Source of the DNA: Adineta vaga
Lineage: Eukaryota; Animalia; Rotifera
Length of the DNA: 64,000 nt
Assembly (NCBI GenBank): GCA_021613535.1
Contig: CP075492.1
Span: forward strand, 14,942,001-15,006,000
Direction of reading: 5' to 3'
The notes below the pieces were generated by a model. The model had not been told where the DNA came from, made no database searches, and saw only the letters and a list, made by a program, of their open reading frames with translations. Each line of letters begins with the position of its first letter. Within the stretch, counting starts at the first letter, position 1. Made by a program: the position numbers and the translations under genes. Shown here in pieces: positions 1 through 13,044 of the stretch.

Positions 1-359
1 TATTAATTTAAAAGATTTCTAATATTAACCCTTTCAATCCCGCATGACATCTCGTAGGTGCCATACAGAAGGGAAAAGAAATATTTCGTTACGTGTTTAG
101 TGTTTGTTCATATCTTGATTGAGATTCAATAGTGTTGTCAACGGTTTGTCTCATTTTAGTTAATTTTTTCCGTATTCAAAGTAAAATGATGTCCTTCAAA
201 ATAATTGGGAAAACAAAGAGCTGGACTTTCTTTACAAGTTTTATAACAATAAATAGTTATTTTTCGATTTCCCTTCTTGTAACACGATATGCATAATTTC
301 TGAACATACCGATTCGACTGAGGATTGATATCGGTTTTTACTAAAACAAATTGTAGTCA

Positions 360-2215
360 TTTAGTAAATGAAGATCGATCCCGTTGCTATGATTTTAGGA
401 CTATGTCCAGTAGAATTTGTCGAAGTCGATCGTCTTTGTTCGGATGTTATATCTTTCTCTAACTTTCCAGAAACTCCTTTTGAATCAATAAGAACAATTT
501 CTTTTTCACCAGATGTTTTCTTGTCTTGAAATTTCATAAGGAGAAGTTCACCACTTCTCATGAAAGTGGAATCAGGCGTCTTCACTTTTTTCGTTGCCAG
601 TTCTTTTAGAATTTCTGAATATAAACGAAAAATATGCTCTTCAACACTTGTGAGTAATCTACGAATTTTTTTCTATTTCAAGATTTTCATTATTTTTATT
701 CAATGGCTGCATCGTCTTCGATTCTCAAACGATCAATAGATGATATTGAATCATCGAAAGAGAATATGCTATTAGATAAAAAGTTGAACTCATATTATTC
801 CATATTTCAATCAAAAATTATTGATTTGCTCAAGAAGAACGATTTGATAGTGCCTATTCAACTTCTCGGTAAAAGATTTAGTTAGAAAATAAACTTAAAT
901 AATAAACCTCATCCTTTGTATGTGGATACACATAGCAAAGATCTTTCTCATCTCGTCAAAAGTAACCTAGAATAAGTTTTGATAGCATTGTTTATAAACT
1001 GATTTTATCTCACTTTACGTCAAGAATTATTAGTTTTTGCTGGTACATTTGCAAAATGTAATCTGGCACGAAGATTAGTGCATTCTGCTACATGAATGAA
1101 ATGAGAGTTCACGGGATTTTTCCGGCCCAATCCCGCATATTCCAGCCTGTTCTAGTACAAAACCGGTGAGATCCGGCCTAAACCTGGAAACGGGATACTC
1201 AGCATTCCGACCGGATCCAAAAAACGGAAACGTCAAGGAACTCCATGTTCCAAAAAATCGACTTCAGAACTGTAGCCAAATCACCCTAAAAACAACAAAC
1301 CGTCACATAACATTCCCTACAATCAACAAAAACGTAAAACTTCGAATAGCGAAATGAAAATCTAGACAATGAGTAATTCAGACCACCATGAAACCGAAAT
1401 TTTCCATCCTATGAAAAATCCTCTTCGATAGAGACCTCCTCTCGAGAGGATCCAAATTCGATGAGGAAGAAAAAGAAATTTTTTTGATCATCTGAACGAT
1501 CATCGTCAAGAGAGACCGTCTCTGGAGGAGAACTAAGTTCGATGAGGATGAAAAAGAAGATTTTTCGTCGATGAAAAATTATGTTTTGTAAGTTTTCCGG
1601 ATCCGCTAGTTTTTTTGTTTGCCCGTGTTTTTCACGGAACTGATCGTTTTTTTTCGAATAATTCTCGTAGTTTCCGGTGGGATATGGTCGGAAGGACACA
1701 GAAAAATTCCGTTCAAATCCAAAAGGAATACTGCTTGCATGTTTTGGCGCGAACAGCGGCGGTTCCGGCTCGTACGGTCCGGCCTCGGAGTGTAAGTCGA
1801 CAATCAGTTTTATCTGGAACAAATGTTCATTCCTCCCAGTTCTTTTTTTGTGTGCAATTAGATTCTGTCGTTATGAGTTTCACTAGAAAATAATGTTTTT
1901 CAAGATCATATAAAATCAGATTTGTTATATCACCTGTACTCTTCACTCGCGTCCGTTTTCCTTGCATCAACTTTTTTTATTATCAATATGTTTCAAACTG
2001 TTCATATTCTCCAACAGTTGTAAGATTCGATTTGTCGGATGTATTGCTTCATCATTACTATACTGTAGTATTGTTAATGAATTTGCACGCTAAAGGTTTT
2101 ATTTGTCACCTATATTCTTCGCTTTCAACATTATCCATGTCGGAATCATCAAGATTCTTGAAATACACATCTAGTTCATTATCGTCTTGGACAATTTCTT
2201 CCTTGTTGTATGACA
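360..2215 (-). pseudogene. Probable decayed multi-exon gene of unknown product, interrupted by a GC-richer insertion
   Basis: Minus-strand exon-like pieces with GT/AG boundaries (MSYNKEEIVQDDNELDVYF... near 2215; KIRRLLTSVEEHIFRLYSEILKELATKK... ~670-361) do not join without stops or frameshifts. Confidence 0.3.
1100..1880. mobile_element. GC-enriched, CCGG-rich insertion; probable non-autonomous transposon remnant
   Basis: Composition shift relative to flanks, many CCGG words, internal diverged 81-bp tandem duplication (~1420-1580); no TIR or TSD resolved. Confidence 0.35.
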
Positions 2216-2749
2216 TTTTGATCATTCAATGCAAATGATTTACTTTTCTGTCTTCCAGGATTTAGTGTCCCAAATTCAGACTTTTCATTACACGTGGTTC
2301 TTGTTTCAACAGCGAATTCTTATCTGATCCTATATGTATGTTTGAGCGATGACGATCGATTGGAAACACAGCTGATTGAAATAGAATAACGCAAGAGAGA
2401 GTGATTTTTTCTTTTTTTTGTCCTGCTCGTGCAGAACGCAAGAAAACGTCGGAATTGAAAGGGTCAATGAAGAACTGAAGAAACATTTTTCCGTTCTGTT
2501 CACATTCTTCTTTCATGTGTATTGTTCGTGTGAACCCTTACTATCGAGCAAACATTTTTCCTTTTATTCGTCTATAAAAAGAGAAAACAAACGTACTTGT
2601 TCTTCTTTATTTCATAGCATCGTCAACTGTCGAATCAACTGTGTATTAAACAAAGAATTTTTCTTACAACATTCAAGTTCATTTCGTATCAGTAAGAAAA
2701 CTTATCTTTTGTTTTTTTCTTTCGATATTTATTGATATGAAATATTTAG

Positions 2750-3253
2750 ATGAGTTATATTCCTGAAGGACACCAAGGCACATCAATTCATCATCTATCT
2801 GTCATTAAAGGCAGTTTACAAAGTAACAATTCTTATTCTTGTATCAGAGATTATCATATATTTCATAGGTGCATATCGATGTGAAATTCTCAATCAAGAA
2901 TTTATGTTTAGTGATCAGTTAGCAACTGTTATAAGTGGACTTTATGGCCATGACATTGCTGAAGTAAATCGTTTTGTTTTGTAGTCTTTTTACATATGAA
3001 TGAATTCTATGTATTTTAGCATACACATTTTTATGTTGATCATGAACGTGTTAATCGTCACTCATTATTAGATGAACATCAAGGAAAAGATGTTTATATA
3101 TATTATGCAGATCATGTTTATGATCCAAATAGGTATTTTATTGCTTCAATCATATCTTTGAATGATTATGTTTTTCTTAGAATTGGTTCATTTTACGTTC
3201 CTGTGCTCGAACACCATCAACTACCAAAACATCATGGAAGTGGTGTAAATTAA
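2750..3253 (+). CDS. Small His-rich orphan protein (~110 aa, 4 exons)
   Basis: Manual splicing gives an open frame MSYIPEGHQGTSIHHLSVIK..AYRCEILNQEF..HTHFYVDHERVNRH..RIGSFYVPVLEHHQLPKHHGSGVN* with three ~50-60 nt introns; AATAAA at ~3359. Confidence 0.65.
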
Positions 3254-3702
3254 AGGTGATACGAAACATAAATATCACTAACTCACATATGTAGACAATA
3301 TCTCTTGTATTTTTTTTCTGCTGTGTCATCAAGTTGACTTCTCAGTATGATTAAATTTAATAAAAGAATCCTAAACCTTTCTGAAGAGCATACAAATCTG
3401 TTGTTATTGAATTAATACTCGGGTTTTTGATCATTTTGAAACTGAATACATTTCAAGTAATGTGATTGACATGAACATACACGCACTCACATTTTTAGAA
3501 GCTTTTTGTAGGTTTTACTTGAAAAAATCGTTTTATCGGATAATAATCAACAAAAAATTTCACTATGTTAAACTTCTAAAAACGATTTTTAAATATATGT
3601 TACAGGGAAATTAAAATTTTGATCTCACCTAGGGTAAATTAGAATTATTTTGATTTTTCTTACATTTTTTTTAGAAAATTATCAGAATTTTGATTTCCAG
3701 AG

Positions 3703-3759
3703 TCTTGAGGGTGAAAGCGAAGGTGTGAGAGTCGTCTCTCTATACCCACACCCTCAAGA
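3703..3759. repeat. 57-bp foldback element with perfect 11-bp TIR (TCTTGAGGGTG...CACCCTCAAGA)
   Basis: Perfect inverted termini plus inner GAGAG/CTCTC stem; related copies elsewhere in window. Confidence 0.7.
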
Positions 3760-4375
3760 TTGGATGCAATAGTTTGTATGTAATAATGCTGCATATCGAT
3801 TTCAATGTTGAATTGACTTTAAATCGCCATACTGATAATAACAGTGATACAGTGTAGAGAAGAGCATTTTCTTAAATATTCATTCCAGTTGTAAAAATTT
3901 AGTAGAATGAGTTCAGCTTAAAGGTATTCACACAATCCTAAGCCACATATCAACTATGAAGAAATGGAACGTTGAGATGTTACTCTACAAGAAATTAACA
4001 ACTAATTCAAGTTTTTTCTTTACATAATTCATTCAGTGACATGTCTTTGTATTAATCGTGTCGACTTGAGATAGATCGATGAGTTCTAACAAATAGTATA
4101 TTCCGATTTCAAAACTATATTTTGACTAATGACGCTGATTACATTAAGAGAGGTTATTTCGTAGCAGAACAATTGCTGATAATAAAAATATGAAATCGTT
4201 TGTTGGTGATAAAGATTCGTACACAATTTATAAGTTGTATAAAGCTATTTGATTATAGTGATGTAAAATTAATTTTCATGACTTTCACAACATCAAATAT
4301 ATAAAAAAAGAATACTAGTCACGCACATACATATACACGGTTCAATTAAAAACTGACCTCAATTATGACCTGAAT

Positions 4376-5401
4376 TTATGTTTCTGGTGCGACGACATGA
4401 TTCACAAGTATTCTTGGTCGTTTCCAACAATTAACAAAAATTTTAGATAATACATAGATAAACTGTCTCCGAAATCGCTCCGATGCATACAAATAGACAT
4501 AAAATGGACTCTAAATTAAAAGAAATTGGCGTAAAATACCGAATTCAGATAAGTTTATGCTTACTGCAAAATAAAGGTAATAAATAACAAGAGTGATATT
4601 TAAAACTAATTGGATTTTCACTTGCGTATTTGGATCATTTGTAAAATTTATATTTGTAATGACAGCATTTATGGTAACGTATGGTGTTAGAGTAAATATA
4701 CATACAAAAACTTGTACCAATACCATGCTGGTTAACTGTTTGTCTAGATCACGTCGAATAAGAGGTACTGCACGATAAGCCGAGTGCCGAATATTACGAT
4801 AAGACAAGAGTGCAAATAGAACGGCAATAACAATTGGGAGATAGCCGATGATACCGATAGTAAAAATATAATTTCGATAGTAATTAAACGAAGTATTGAT
4901 ACAAGTACAAGTGATTTTGTTTGTAGTCGATGATTGAACATGAGTGAAATATATTAAATATGGAATTCCATGTAAGATCCAAATAAGAACAGTTGTAATT
5001 ACTAAACGATGAGCTAATTTGATAGTAGACAATCGTTGCAAACGAGGATAAGGACAAGTAGCAAAATATTGATCAATTGTTGCCAAACACAAACATGTCA
5101 TCGAGATTCCCAGGAATGCTTGAGACATACAACGTCGAAACTTACAATAGAATAGTGATATATCACTCACATCGGTGCTTATAAGAGCAACCATAATAAG
5201 TGGAGAAAAACTAAAACCTATGGATCCAATATTACTGCAAGATATGATTGTTAAATAAAATGCACATGAACTTTGTCGAAACGTTCGAAGACTTATAAAT
5301 TCTAGAGTGCTAAGAGCTCCTCCTAAGATGCCAACAGCGAAAACTAATGTACCACAATAGCGAACTATTTCTTGTCCAATAACAGTTAACGGTATTGCCA
5401 T
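4376..5401 (-). CDS. Rhodopsin-like (class A) 7TM GPCR, 2 exons
   Basis: Seven hydrophobic segments, 'CKFRR', 'LATIDQY' (DRY-like); intron ~4511-4564, last exon SPFYVYLYASERFRRQ...PET*. Confidence 0.9.
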
Positions 5402-5966
5402 GTTGATTTGTAATGTAAATTGTTCTTACTTTAGATCTGTACTCTTATATGTTTTTTCTAAACATGAAACAAAGGTACAGTCATTCGAAAAGATATTTTC
5501 CCATTACTGAAAACATGCATTCATTAGTTCTTTTTTCTTGATGTTGCATGCTTTGACGATCAACACTAATGAGGAAGATACTTGACAGGAAGTTGATAGT
5601 ATTTCGTGCTTAGGAAAACATCGTTATAGATCAAACTATTTTGTTAATAGAAGCATATAGTAATTATCGAATTAGTTTTCGAGGAATTAGACAAAGATTT
5701 ACAAACAGAATTTAGACTTTCTATTCACTCAGATCTATTTATTTCTCAAATATTTTATGAAACTATTTCAGTATGAATGAGTATTTTTTTTAATTAAAGC
5801 TCATTAGATAGTTTACTATTTATAAGTCAAAATTGTTCTCAAAAAGTAGGGCAGAAATGATCATGCACGATCTATCAACGTGTCACACATAATGCTTTTA
5901 TATATTCCTCTTTTCTCTTTGAAAACTATGAGTAAGAGTGACGGTGAATGTTAAATTGAATTTGGT

Positions 5967-6863
5967 TTATGTTGTATCGATGGAAAAATTTTGATTTCGT
6001 ACATGATTGATCCATTGACTCACTATAGGTAGATCAATACAGAGATATTTCCATTCTTTCGTGTGAATCAAACTGTCGAGGCAATCGCTTAGGTCGATAT
6101 TGTAGAAAGTACACAAAACAGACAGTCCTTGATATAGACCAATTCTTGCTTGTTGGTCAAATGAATCATCTTTTCCGAACATTCGTAGACACATGCAAGT
6201 ACCATTAAATAATAAATCGTTGATGTGATCACTTTTGACTAGGACGGCTGAAACAAGAAGTTTGTCTTTTAATTGATCGAGCGTCTGTAGAGATGCATCA
6301 TCAGCAAAAGCTATAGTGAAATCTTTAAAAATCTTAAGCACGCGGTCCATAACAACTTGAGGCGCTTCATCAACGCTGATATCTTGATATGTAATGCGTT
6401 CTAAAGTCATTGTTTGACCGAACAATGATCTTTCTAGTTCACGTAATTGGCTAAGAAAACCCTCATTAGGATCGATTTGTGGCCGCACATTCTTCACTTG
6501 TTGAAAAGCTTCGCCAAGTGTCCGATGTCCATCAATCATCAAATATGCAATGACAAGTGTTGCACTTCGTGAAATACCCATTTGACAATGAACCAAGACA
6601 CTGTGACCAAGGTTATGGTGTTGTTGAATAAATTCAAAAATATGTCGGAAGTGTAGATGAATTTGTTCGCTTGGTTCATCATCAATATTTACACGCAAAT
6701 AATCATAGGATTCGGGATAAGCCATTGGCTCGTGTCTGGTAGCATTGATTATACCATGAATATTATTATTGTCGAGAAAGTACTTACTTCTAGCTAGTTT
6801 GGCACATCCAATATACAAATTTGATGTTATTTTATTTGTCGATCGAAATACAGATGAGGTCAT
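5967..6863 (-). CDS. Dual-specificity protein phosphatase with C-terminal helical extension
   Basis: VLVHCQMGISRSAT (HCx5R), 'NIDD' acid loop, 'AYLM', 'RPQIDPNEGF'. Confidence 0.92.
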   Translation of the reverse strand: MTSSVFRSTNKITSNLYIGCAKLARSKYFLDNNNIHGIINATRHEPMAYPESYDYLRVNIDDEPSEQIHLHFRHIFEFIQQHHNLGHSVLVHCQMGISRSATLVIAYLMIDGHRTLGEAFQQVKNVRPQIDPNEGFLSQLRELERSLFGQTMTLERITYQDISVDEAPQVVMDRVLKIFKDFTIAFADDASLQTLDQLKDKLLVSAVLVKSDHINDLLFNGTCMCLRMFGKDDSFDQQARIGLYQGLSVLCTFYNIDLSDCLDSLIHTKEWKYLCIDLPIVSQWINHVRNQNFSIDTT

Positions 6864-8055
6864 TGCGATTGCAATGAGTCTATGGTAGTTATTTAATTGT
6901 ACATCAGACCTACAATTTTACGTTACTTTAAATAACTGTTGAGTCAATATGATCGATATGAATGATGAAATAAAATGAAATATTTTGAACTACCAATCAA
7001 AGTTAAATGAGATTAAACACAGAAAAAAATATGATGAGAATAATTCAGAATGTATATTTTTTAAAGTTCCATAGTTTTTCTTGGTTAAATACAGTCCGTT
7101 GTAAAATAGATGGCGCTGCACAAATTTTTAACTTCACAGAAATATACGAAAGAATTTTCATTCTTACTAGATTTATCTTTTCTATAGATATATTTTGGTT
7201 ATTACAATCTAATAAATTATATAATATCCTTCTCTTCTTCGAAGAAGATATTGCTGCGAGTGGAATAAAAAAAGCATCAAAAGATCAATCAGTATAATAT
7301 GATGTCAACAAGAGGTGTACAATTTGGTATCTGATTATGGAATCTATCGAGATCACCTAAGAACTATTGTGCATATTTAGAAACAGTACATTGACATGAA
7401 ATGATTAAATCCGTTTAAATTTTTATAGCATCGTTAGGATTTGATAAGAAATCGAGACAAAATCCTTTTTCCTACATTCTTCGTTTTGAATGATACATAG
7501 AAAAGCTCTTTCGAAGATTTAGAGATTATAAAAATGTATTCTATCAGTCGTGCAAAATCGACCCGCGTGCGCAAAGGACTGGCCGAGAAAAATTTATTCT
7601 TACGACAGATTCCGAAGTTGAAGTAAGACTAAATATCGCGGAATATAGTGGAAAATAATATTGTTGACGCATTGCTTCACTTCTTTATATTTTGATATAT
7701 ATTTCTATAAAATCATAATGATATACTGAGTGTGCATGCATAATTTCTGCAATTTAATAACTTAATTTTGTTAATGCAAAGGATGGAAATAACTTCCAAG
7801 AAAATAGAAGATAAATTAGATGAGAGAATGTCATTTGCCAATGAGAGCAGAAAAGAAGATAAACAGAGAGGAATGACGTTTACCAGTATCTTATATATAT
7901 ATATACATCTATGTTTCAGTTTTGATGTCGGTTAACTTCTAAGTGGATTATTAACAGGACTCATTCTTAAAGAAAATAGAAGATTAATATAAATTCTATT
8001 GCAAGATGTAAAGCATATAAATACAAGAGTCTTTCTTCGGTTGTTCAAAACAAAA

Positions 8056-9075
8056 ATGAACTCAACTGTCATTATCAGCAGCAACAACGAGCAATACAAT
8101 ACCATCTTTAATAATTCAGTATATTCATTTTGGTTTTATTTCGTAAGTATATGCAGTGTTCCTTCAGTTTGTTGTTCTGCCTTTGATTTTTATCAATTTA
8201 TAAAACATCGTAAAACTTTGATTTATGAAAGTATTACTCATCACATTATTCTCTGTTTAATTGTCAATGATTTTATTCAAGTTTTTTTCATTCAACCATT
8301 TACATTAGTTTATTTCTATTTCGGACATATCAAGTATTTCTATAGTATAACTTTTTGTATGTTTTGGATCTATTTTAACTATATCTTCATTAATCAATCA
8401 TTAGTTTTTACTGCGTATGCTTCAGTTGAACGATATCTGCTTCTATTTCATAAACAATTCATGTTGAGACATCAAATTCTATTTCATTATATTCCTTTAT
8501 TAATTACTATTCTTTATCTCCCTTGTATGTTGTTTTATTTAATTTTTTGGTTTCCATGTATACATAATTTTGATCCAACTCAATATGAATGTGGTGTACC
8601 ATGTTTTGCTCAATCACAACCTATTGGTATTATCAATCAAATCATACATTTATTCGTTCCTGTTGCAGTTCTTGTTCTTTTCAATAGTATGATTCTTATC
8701 AAAGTTTTAATACAAAAGAAACGTTCTACTGCTACCGCCGGTATAACTTTTCTATCGACTAATTTTTGGAAACAAAATAGTCGTATGATATTACAATTAG
8801 TGGCAATGTGTTTATTAACATCAGCAGTTTGGCTACCATATGTAACATCTCTATTGATCATGATATTTGGCAATCCTGCATTTGGTGGTTCAATAATCTT
8901 CTTTAATATTATCAATGCAACTTATATACCTAATATTGGTACACCATTCTTTGCTCTAATAGGATTTCCATCAGAAATAAGAGGAAGGATGTTTACTTGC
9001 ATTACATATTTAAAAAGAAGACATCAGCGGCTAAATCGTGTTACACATACGATGCCTGGAACCGAAAATCACTGA
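8056..9075 (+). CDS. Rhodopsin-like 7TM GPCR
   Basis: Seven TM segments, 'ASVERY', 'WLP'; first ATG at 8056 (MNSTV). Confidence 0.9.
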   Translation: MNSTVIISSNNEQYNTIFNNSVYSFWFYFVSICSVPSVCCSAFDFYQFIKHRKTLIYESITHHIILCLIVNDFIQVFFIQPFTLVYFYFGHIKYFYSITFCMFWIYFNYIFINQSLVFTAYASVERYLLLFHKQFMLRHQILFHYIPLLITILYLPCMLFYLIFWFPCIHNFDPTQYECGVPCFAQSQPIGIINQIIHLFVPVAVLVLFNSMILIKVLIQKKRSTATAGITFLSTNFWKQNSRMILQLVAMCLLTSAVWLPYVTSLLIMIFGNPAFGGSIIFFNIINATYIPNIGTPFFALIGFPSEIRGRMFTCITYLKRRHQRLNRVTHTMPGTENH

Positions 9076-10310
9076 CGTTGCTTTAAATGTACCATAACCA
9101 GCTTTTATTGTTGTTTGTATCGTCTCGTCAATATATGCTGTACTAATAAAGACACATTAAAAAACAACTTTTCTCTTGTATCTTATCGAATTGATTGCAT
9201 TGATGTGTCCATAAAAGATAAATGATATTTGTAGGTGAGAGTGAGTGCTAAGCGGGAAAAGAGATTTTCACAATATCGTCCGCAAAATGTCTACTGTACC
9301 ATATATCACACAGAAACATAGACATGACCTATTTGGCTAAAGCTTTACTTCGTAGATAACAGCTAATAATAGTTCAACTATTAATCAGCTTAGAATGACA
9401 AAGCTTATTGACTTCAACTTCAAAATAGCATGTGAAATTCAACTTAAAAACTAATTATAATTGGAGATTCTGAAGCTTCGCCAATAAGATTGTCAACAAT
9501 TAACCGACTAAATCTCAAGATACACACTGACGAATATCCTGTGTTAATCTCGCTTATAGTATTATATAGATGCGCTGAAAATCATTCTGTTAGAACTTTT
9601 TCGCGTATGATTCTATCGATTTTTCACTTGAAATGTTCAACTAGAAATTTTATCTTAAAACAATGTTATACAGTTAACAAAATCAAGTAAAATGGTGTCC
9701 ATGGACAAATTTTCTAATATATTTTTCTATCCAATAATATGCTTTACCTTTTACTTTCGATATATTTCATTCTTATTTTTTTTCTGTTTGTTCCACGAGT
9801 ATGCGCAATAGCGCGATACGTTTTTTATATTATACACCTTGAAATTTTTTTTTGCGCATCACATATTATCAACGACAGATTTGGTAAGAAAAAATGTCAG
9901 TGCAAATAAACATCGTATACTCATGTTTTTTTAATGAGATGCGTACCTTTAACTGTTTATTCGATAGAGACAACTCTGTTTTTTTCTTCGTTTCAACCTT
10001 GATAGAGATTTATTGTATGTTATTCATTTATACATTATTCGATTCGTACATGTATTGACAAGAGAAAAAAATCTCGATTAAGATTTAAAAGGAAAAGATC
10101 TGTGTGAAGAACGTGCTCATAAAGAAATGAAAATATAGATTTATTACTTTTATCTCGTTTTTTGTCAATACTTGTTGATCGTGATACAATTTAATATCAC
10201 ACACTATATACTGAAATTTTTGAAAGAAACATATAATCCTTCTCGACCTGTCTTTTTCGCTTCACTCAATTTACATTTAACTATTTGATTGAATATTATA
10301 GATTACAATT

Positions 10311-11138
10311 ATGTCCACGAATTTAAATCAAGATTCGACTGAACTTGCACAACATTTTACAAATGTTGCAGCAAACTATCACTCTGATGTACTATTTCAA
10401 TCATCATCTTATCAAAAATGGTTAAATGAAATTGTATTTAACGCATTAGATCTCAAACGTCATCATATTTTAGTTGATCCTGGCTGCGGATCTGGAAAAG
10501 ATTGTTTATATTTATTAGATAAGATGAATAATGAAATTAATGTTATTGCTAATGATATATCAACTGGTATGATAAAGATTTTAGATGATGAAATCAACAA
10601 ACAAAATCTATCTAATTTTATTAAAACGTATTGTATGGATGCAGTCAGTTTTAGTCAAGAAAAACAATTACCAAGATACCATCGTCTTCTTTTAAAACAA
10701 TTCATTCATTTACTATCACATGAAGAACGATTAACAGTGTTTAAATCTTTTTATGAACAATTCGATTCTACTGACAACAAACTATTAATTATTGGACGTC
10801 CACGAAATGAAATATTTCCATTCGATAAACGTACACAAGATATATTTCTATCATCTATTCCACCCGTAGATATTTACATAAAAGAATTAGAAATGTGTGG
10901 ATTTACAAATATACAATATGATATCTATCCGTATACATTCGATGATAGTATAACTCTTGATCATTGGATTAACGTCATAAAGAATAGATTATGGTCGATA
11001 TTTTCACCTGAACATATGAGTGACCAACAAGTCGCTGATTGTATTTCGTATTTGAAAGAGAAATACAACGATCAAAAATTTCAATTAAATGATGAAATGT
11101 TAATTTTACACTGTACAACTAAAAAAACACTTGCATAA
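10311..11138 (+). CDS. Class I SAM-dependent methyltransferase (intronless)
   Basis: Motif I 'LVDPGCGSG', 'ANDIS..M', 'CMDA', 'KQFIHLL'. Confidence 0.88.
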   Translation: MSTNLNQDSTELAQHFTNVAANYHSDVLFQSSSYQKWLNEIVFNALDLKRHHILVDPGCGSGKDCLYLLDKMNNEINVIANDISTGMIKILDDEINKQNLSNFIKTYCMDAVSFSQEKQLPRYHRLLLKQFIHLLSHEERLTVFKSFYEQFDSTDNKLLIIGRPRNEIFPFDKRTQDIFLSSIPPVDIYIKELEMCGFTNIQYDIYPYTFDDSITLDHWINVIKNRLWSIFSPEHMSDQQVADCISYLKEKYNDQKFQLNDEMLILHCTTKKTLA

Positions 11139-12114
11139 TCAGTGAAATACCATCTTGAAAGAAGTGGTAAGAATATCCAACAAGAAAAACTGCAATTATT
11201 CGCTGATTATGTTACTTCATTTTTAAATCTATAAAAAATTTTTTCACGGTCGCTTCGCATGCATTATTTTTCTTTTGAGCACTGTTACTTTGAGGATGTG
11301 GGTGTGGGTGTGATGTAAGTGCACAAAAATAATTCAAATTATACTCAGTTGGGTATATGTCATGACATTTGTTTAGAAAAATTAACAATATTTTAAAACT
11401 ATTCGGAAGAATTGAATGCATAAACTTCAACAATTCTACGAAACAATCTATGTACTTCTCTTGATCTACACTGATATCCATACGTTCAAGATTGCATTTT
11501 CTTCTGTTGTTAACATCATCATTAGGTTTATTAAATTTATTAAGTCATATAATAATCAAAACGGATACAATGTACAAAGGAGAACAAGTGCACAAAAACG
11601 AATTGGGCATCCTTATGTTTTATTCAAAGATAAGCATACTATTGCAGGCCTGGTGTATCTAGGTGACTCATATTGCATTTCACCTTGATATTCATTGTCA
11701 TTGCCAGATCGTGTCAAAGAATTGATTGAATCTATTGATAAAAATAATATAGAGAAGCAAAATGTTTTCATATTTACATGAAAGTGAAAATTCGAAACTT
11801 TTGTCAGTAATTTCTACTTATTATATTCAATACATCTGGCTTTTTCTCGATATCACTATTGATCCTAATCGAGACATATAAAGCTAAATTGATGCTTTCT
11901 ATACAAGTATTCATTTTGCGATCTACATCTTAATTTCAGTGTGCAAAGCTAACTATATTTTCATTACTTGGTGCCTAGAAAAATAGATGTTCTGTTTTAT
12001 AAAAACTTCCTTGTCTCATATGATGAGTGTTGATAATTGTCTGGCATTGCGGTTGTTTTATCAGTTTGTTGTATTTCATGTAAGACCATGTTACAATAAT
12101 GTGTGAAGAGATTT

Positions 12115-13044
12115 TCAAATCGTTTTTTTAAGTTCTGATAGAAAAACAGGATGAATACGAGCGGCTTGATAGAAATCGTTGAATATGAGTTTCCCACGGT
12201 TCGTCGTAATAAACTTTTGCAATAAACATCGATATTTTAATGTTTCTTCTGAATGATATTGATCTTCGATATAAGTAATTATTTCAATTGGTTTTAGCGG
12301 AGAATACTTTTTTGCCAATGAATTGTTGATATATTTGCAGAGCTTATCTATCATGTCCTGTGGATTTGTAGATGCATTCTCAGTTGAATGCGAAATACGA
12401 TAGGCCAAATCTTTGATAATGTCTATTTTATAGTATTTATCAAAGTTTTCTCTATTTTGCTCAAGAAAAACTCCAATATCATGCAACGGTGCAATCATTA
12501 GTTCATTTAAAAAGTCTTCTTGTTCACTTTCAGGAGACTTTATTTGTTCTTCAAAACTTACTTCCGAGTGTCTATTTAGCGAAGCGTCTGTTAACAAATG
12601 ACTATAAATCAGTTTCAGTTTGATTAGAAGTTCTATTATCGAATAATCATGATGTTTCATATTCTGTAATATATCTTTGGAGAGACATATTACTTTATGG
12701 TCATTATTGTTTTGAAAGTATGTCTTCATATCAGCTAGCGGCAAGAGATCATTATAAACAGCAGCAATTATGATATCATCGGTGTTTGACGTTGACTTAC
12801 TGCATTGTTGTATATGTTTTTGAATTTCTTTGTACAATTTACTTTCAAGAATTCCACTATTCTCGAGATTATCCAATAGTGCTCGAATATTAACGATCTT
12901 GTCATTTTTAGAATTTGATAAATACGAATCATTGGTTGAAGTAAAACGACTATGCGTAATATTTATTCGACGAAACGATAAATTAGAGATATTAGGATGA
13001 GAGATAAGGCGAAAAACTGCGTATTTGTTTACGAACTGCATCAT
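12115..13044 (-). CDS. Orphan helical protein (309 aa) with mitochondrial-presequence-like N-terminus
   Basis: Long ORF in AT-rich DNA; first ~38 aa are R/S-rich with no acidic residue; no recognisable domain. Confidence 0.65.
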   Translation of the reverse strand: MMQFVNKYAVFRLISHPNISNLSFRRINITHSRFTSTNDSYLSNSKNDKIVNIRALLDNLENSGILESKLYKEIQKHIQQCSKSTSNTDDIIIAAVYNDLLPLADMKTYFQNNNDHKVICLSKDILQNMKHHDYSIIELLIKLKLIYSHLLTDASLNRHSEVSFEEQIKSPESEQEDFLNELMIAPLHDIGVFLEQNRENFDKYYKIDIIKDLAYRISHSTENASTNPQDMIDKLCKYINNSLAKKYSPLKPIEIITYIEDQYHSEETLKYRCLLQKFITTNRGKLIFNDFYQAARIHPVFLSELKKTI

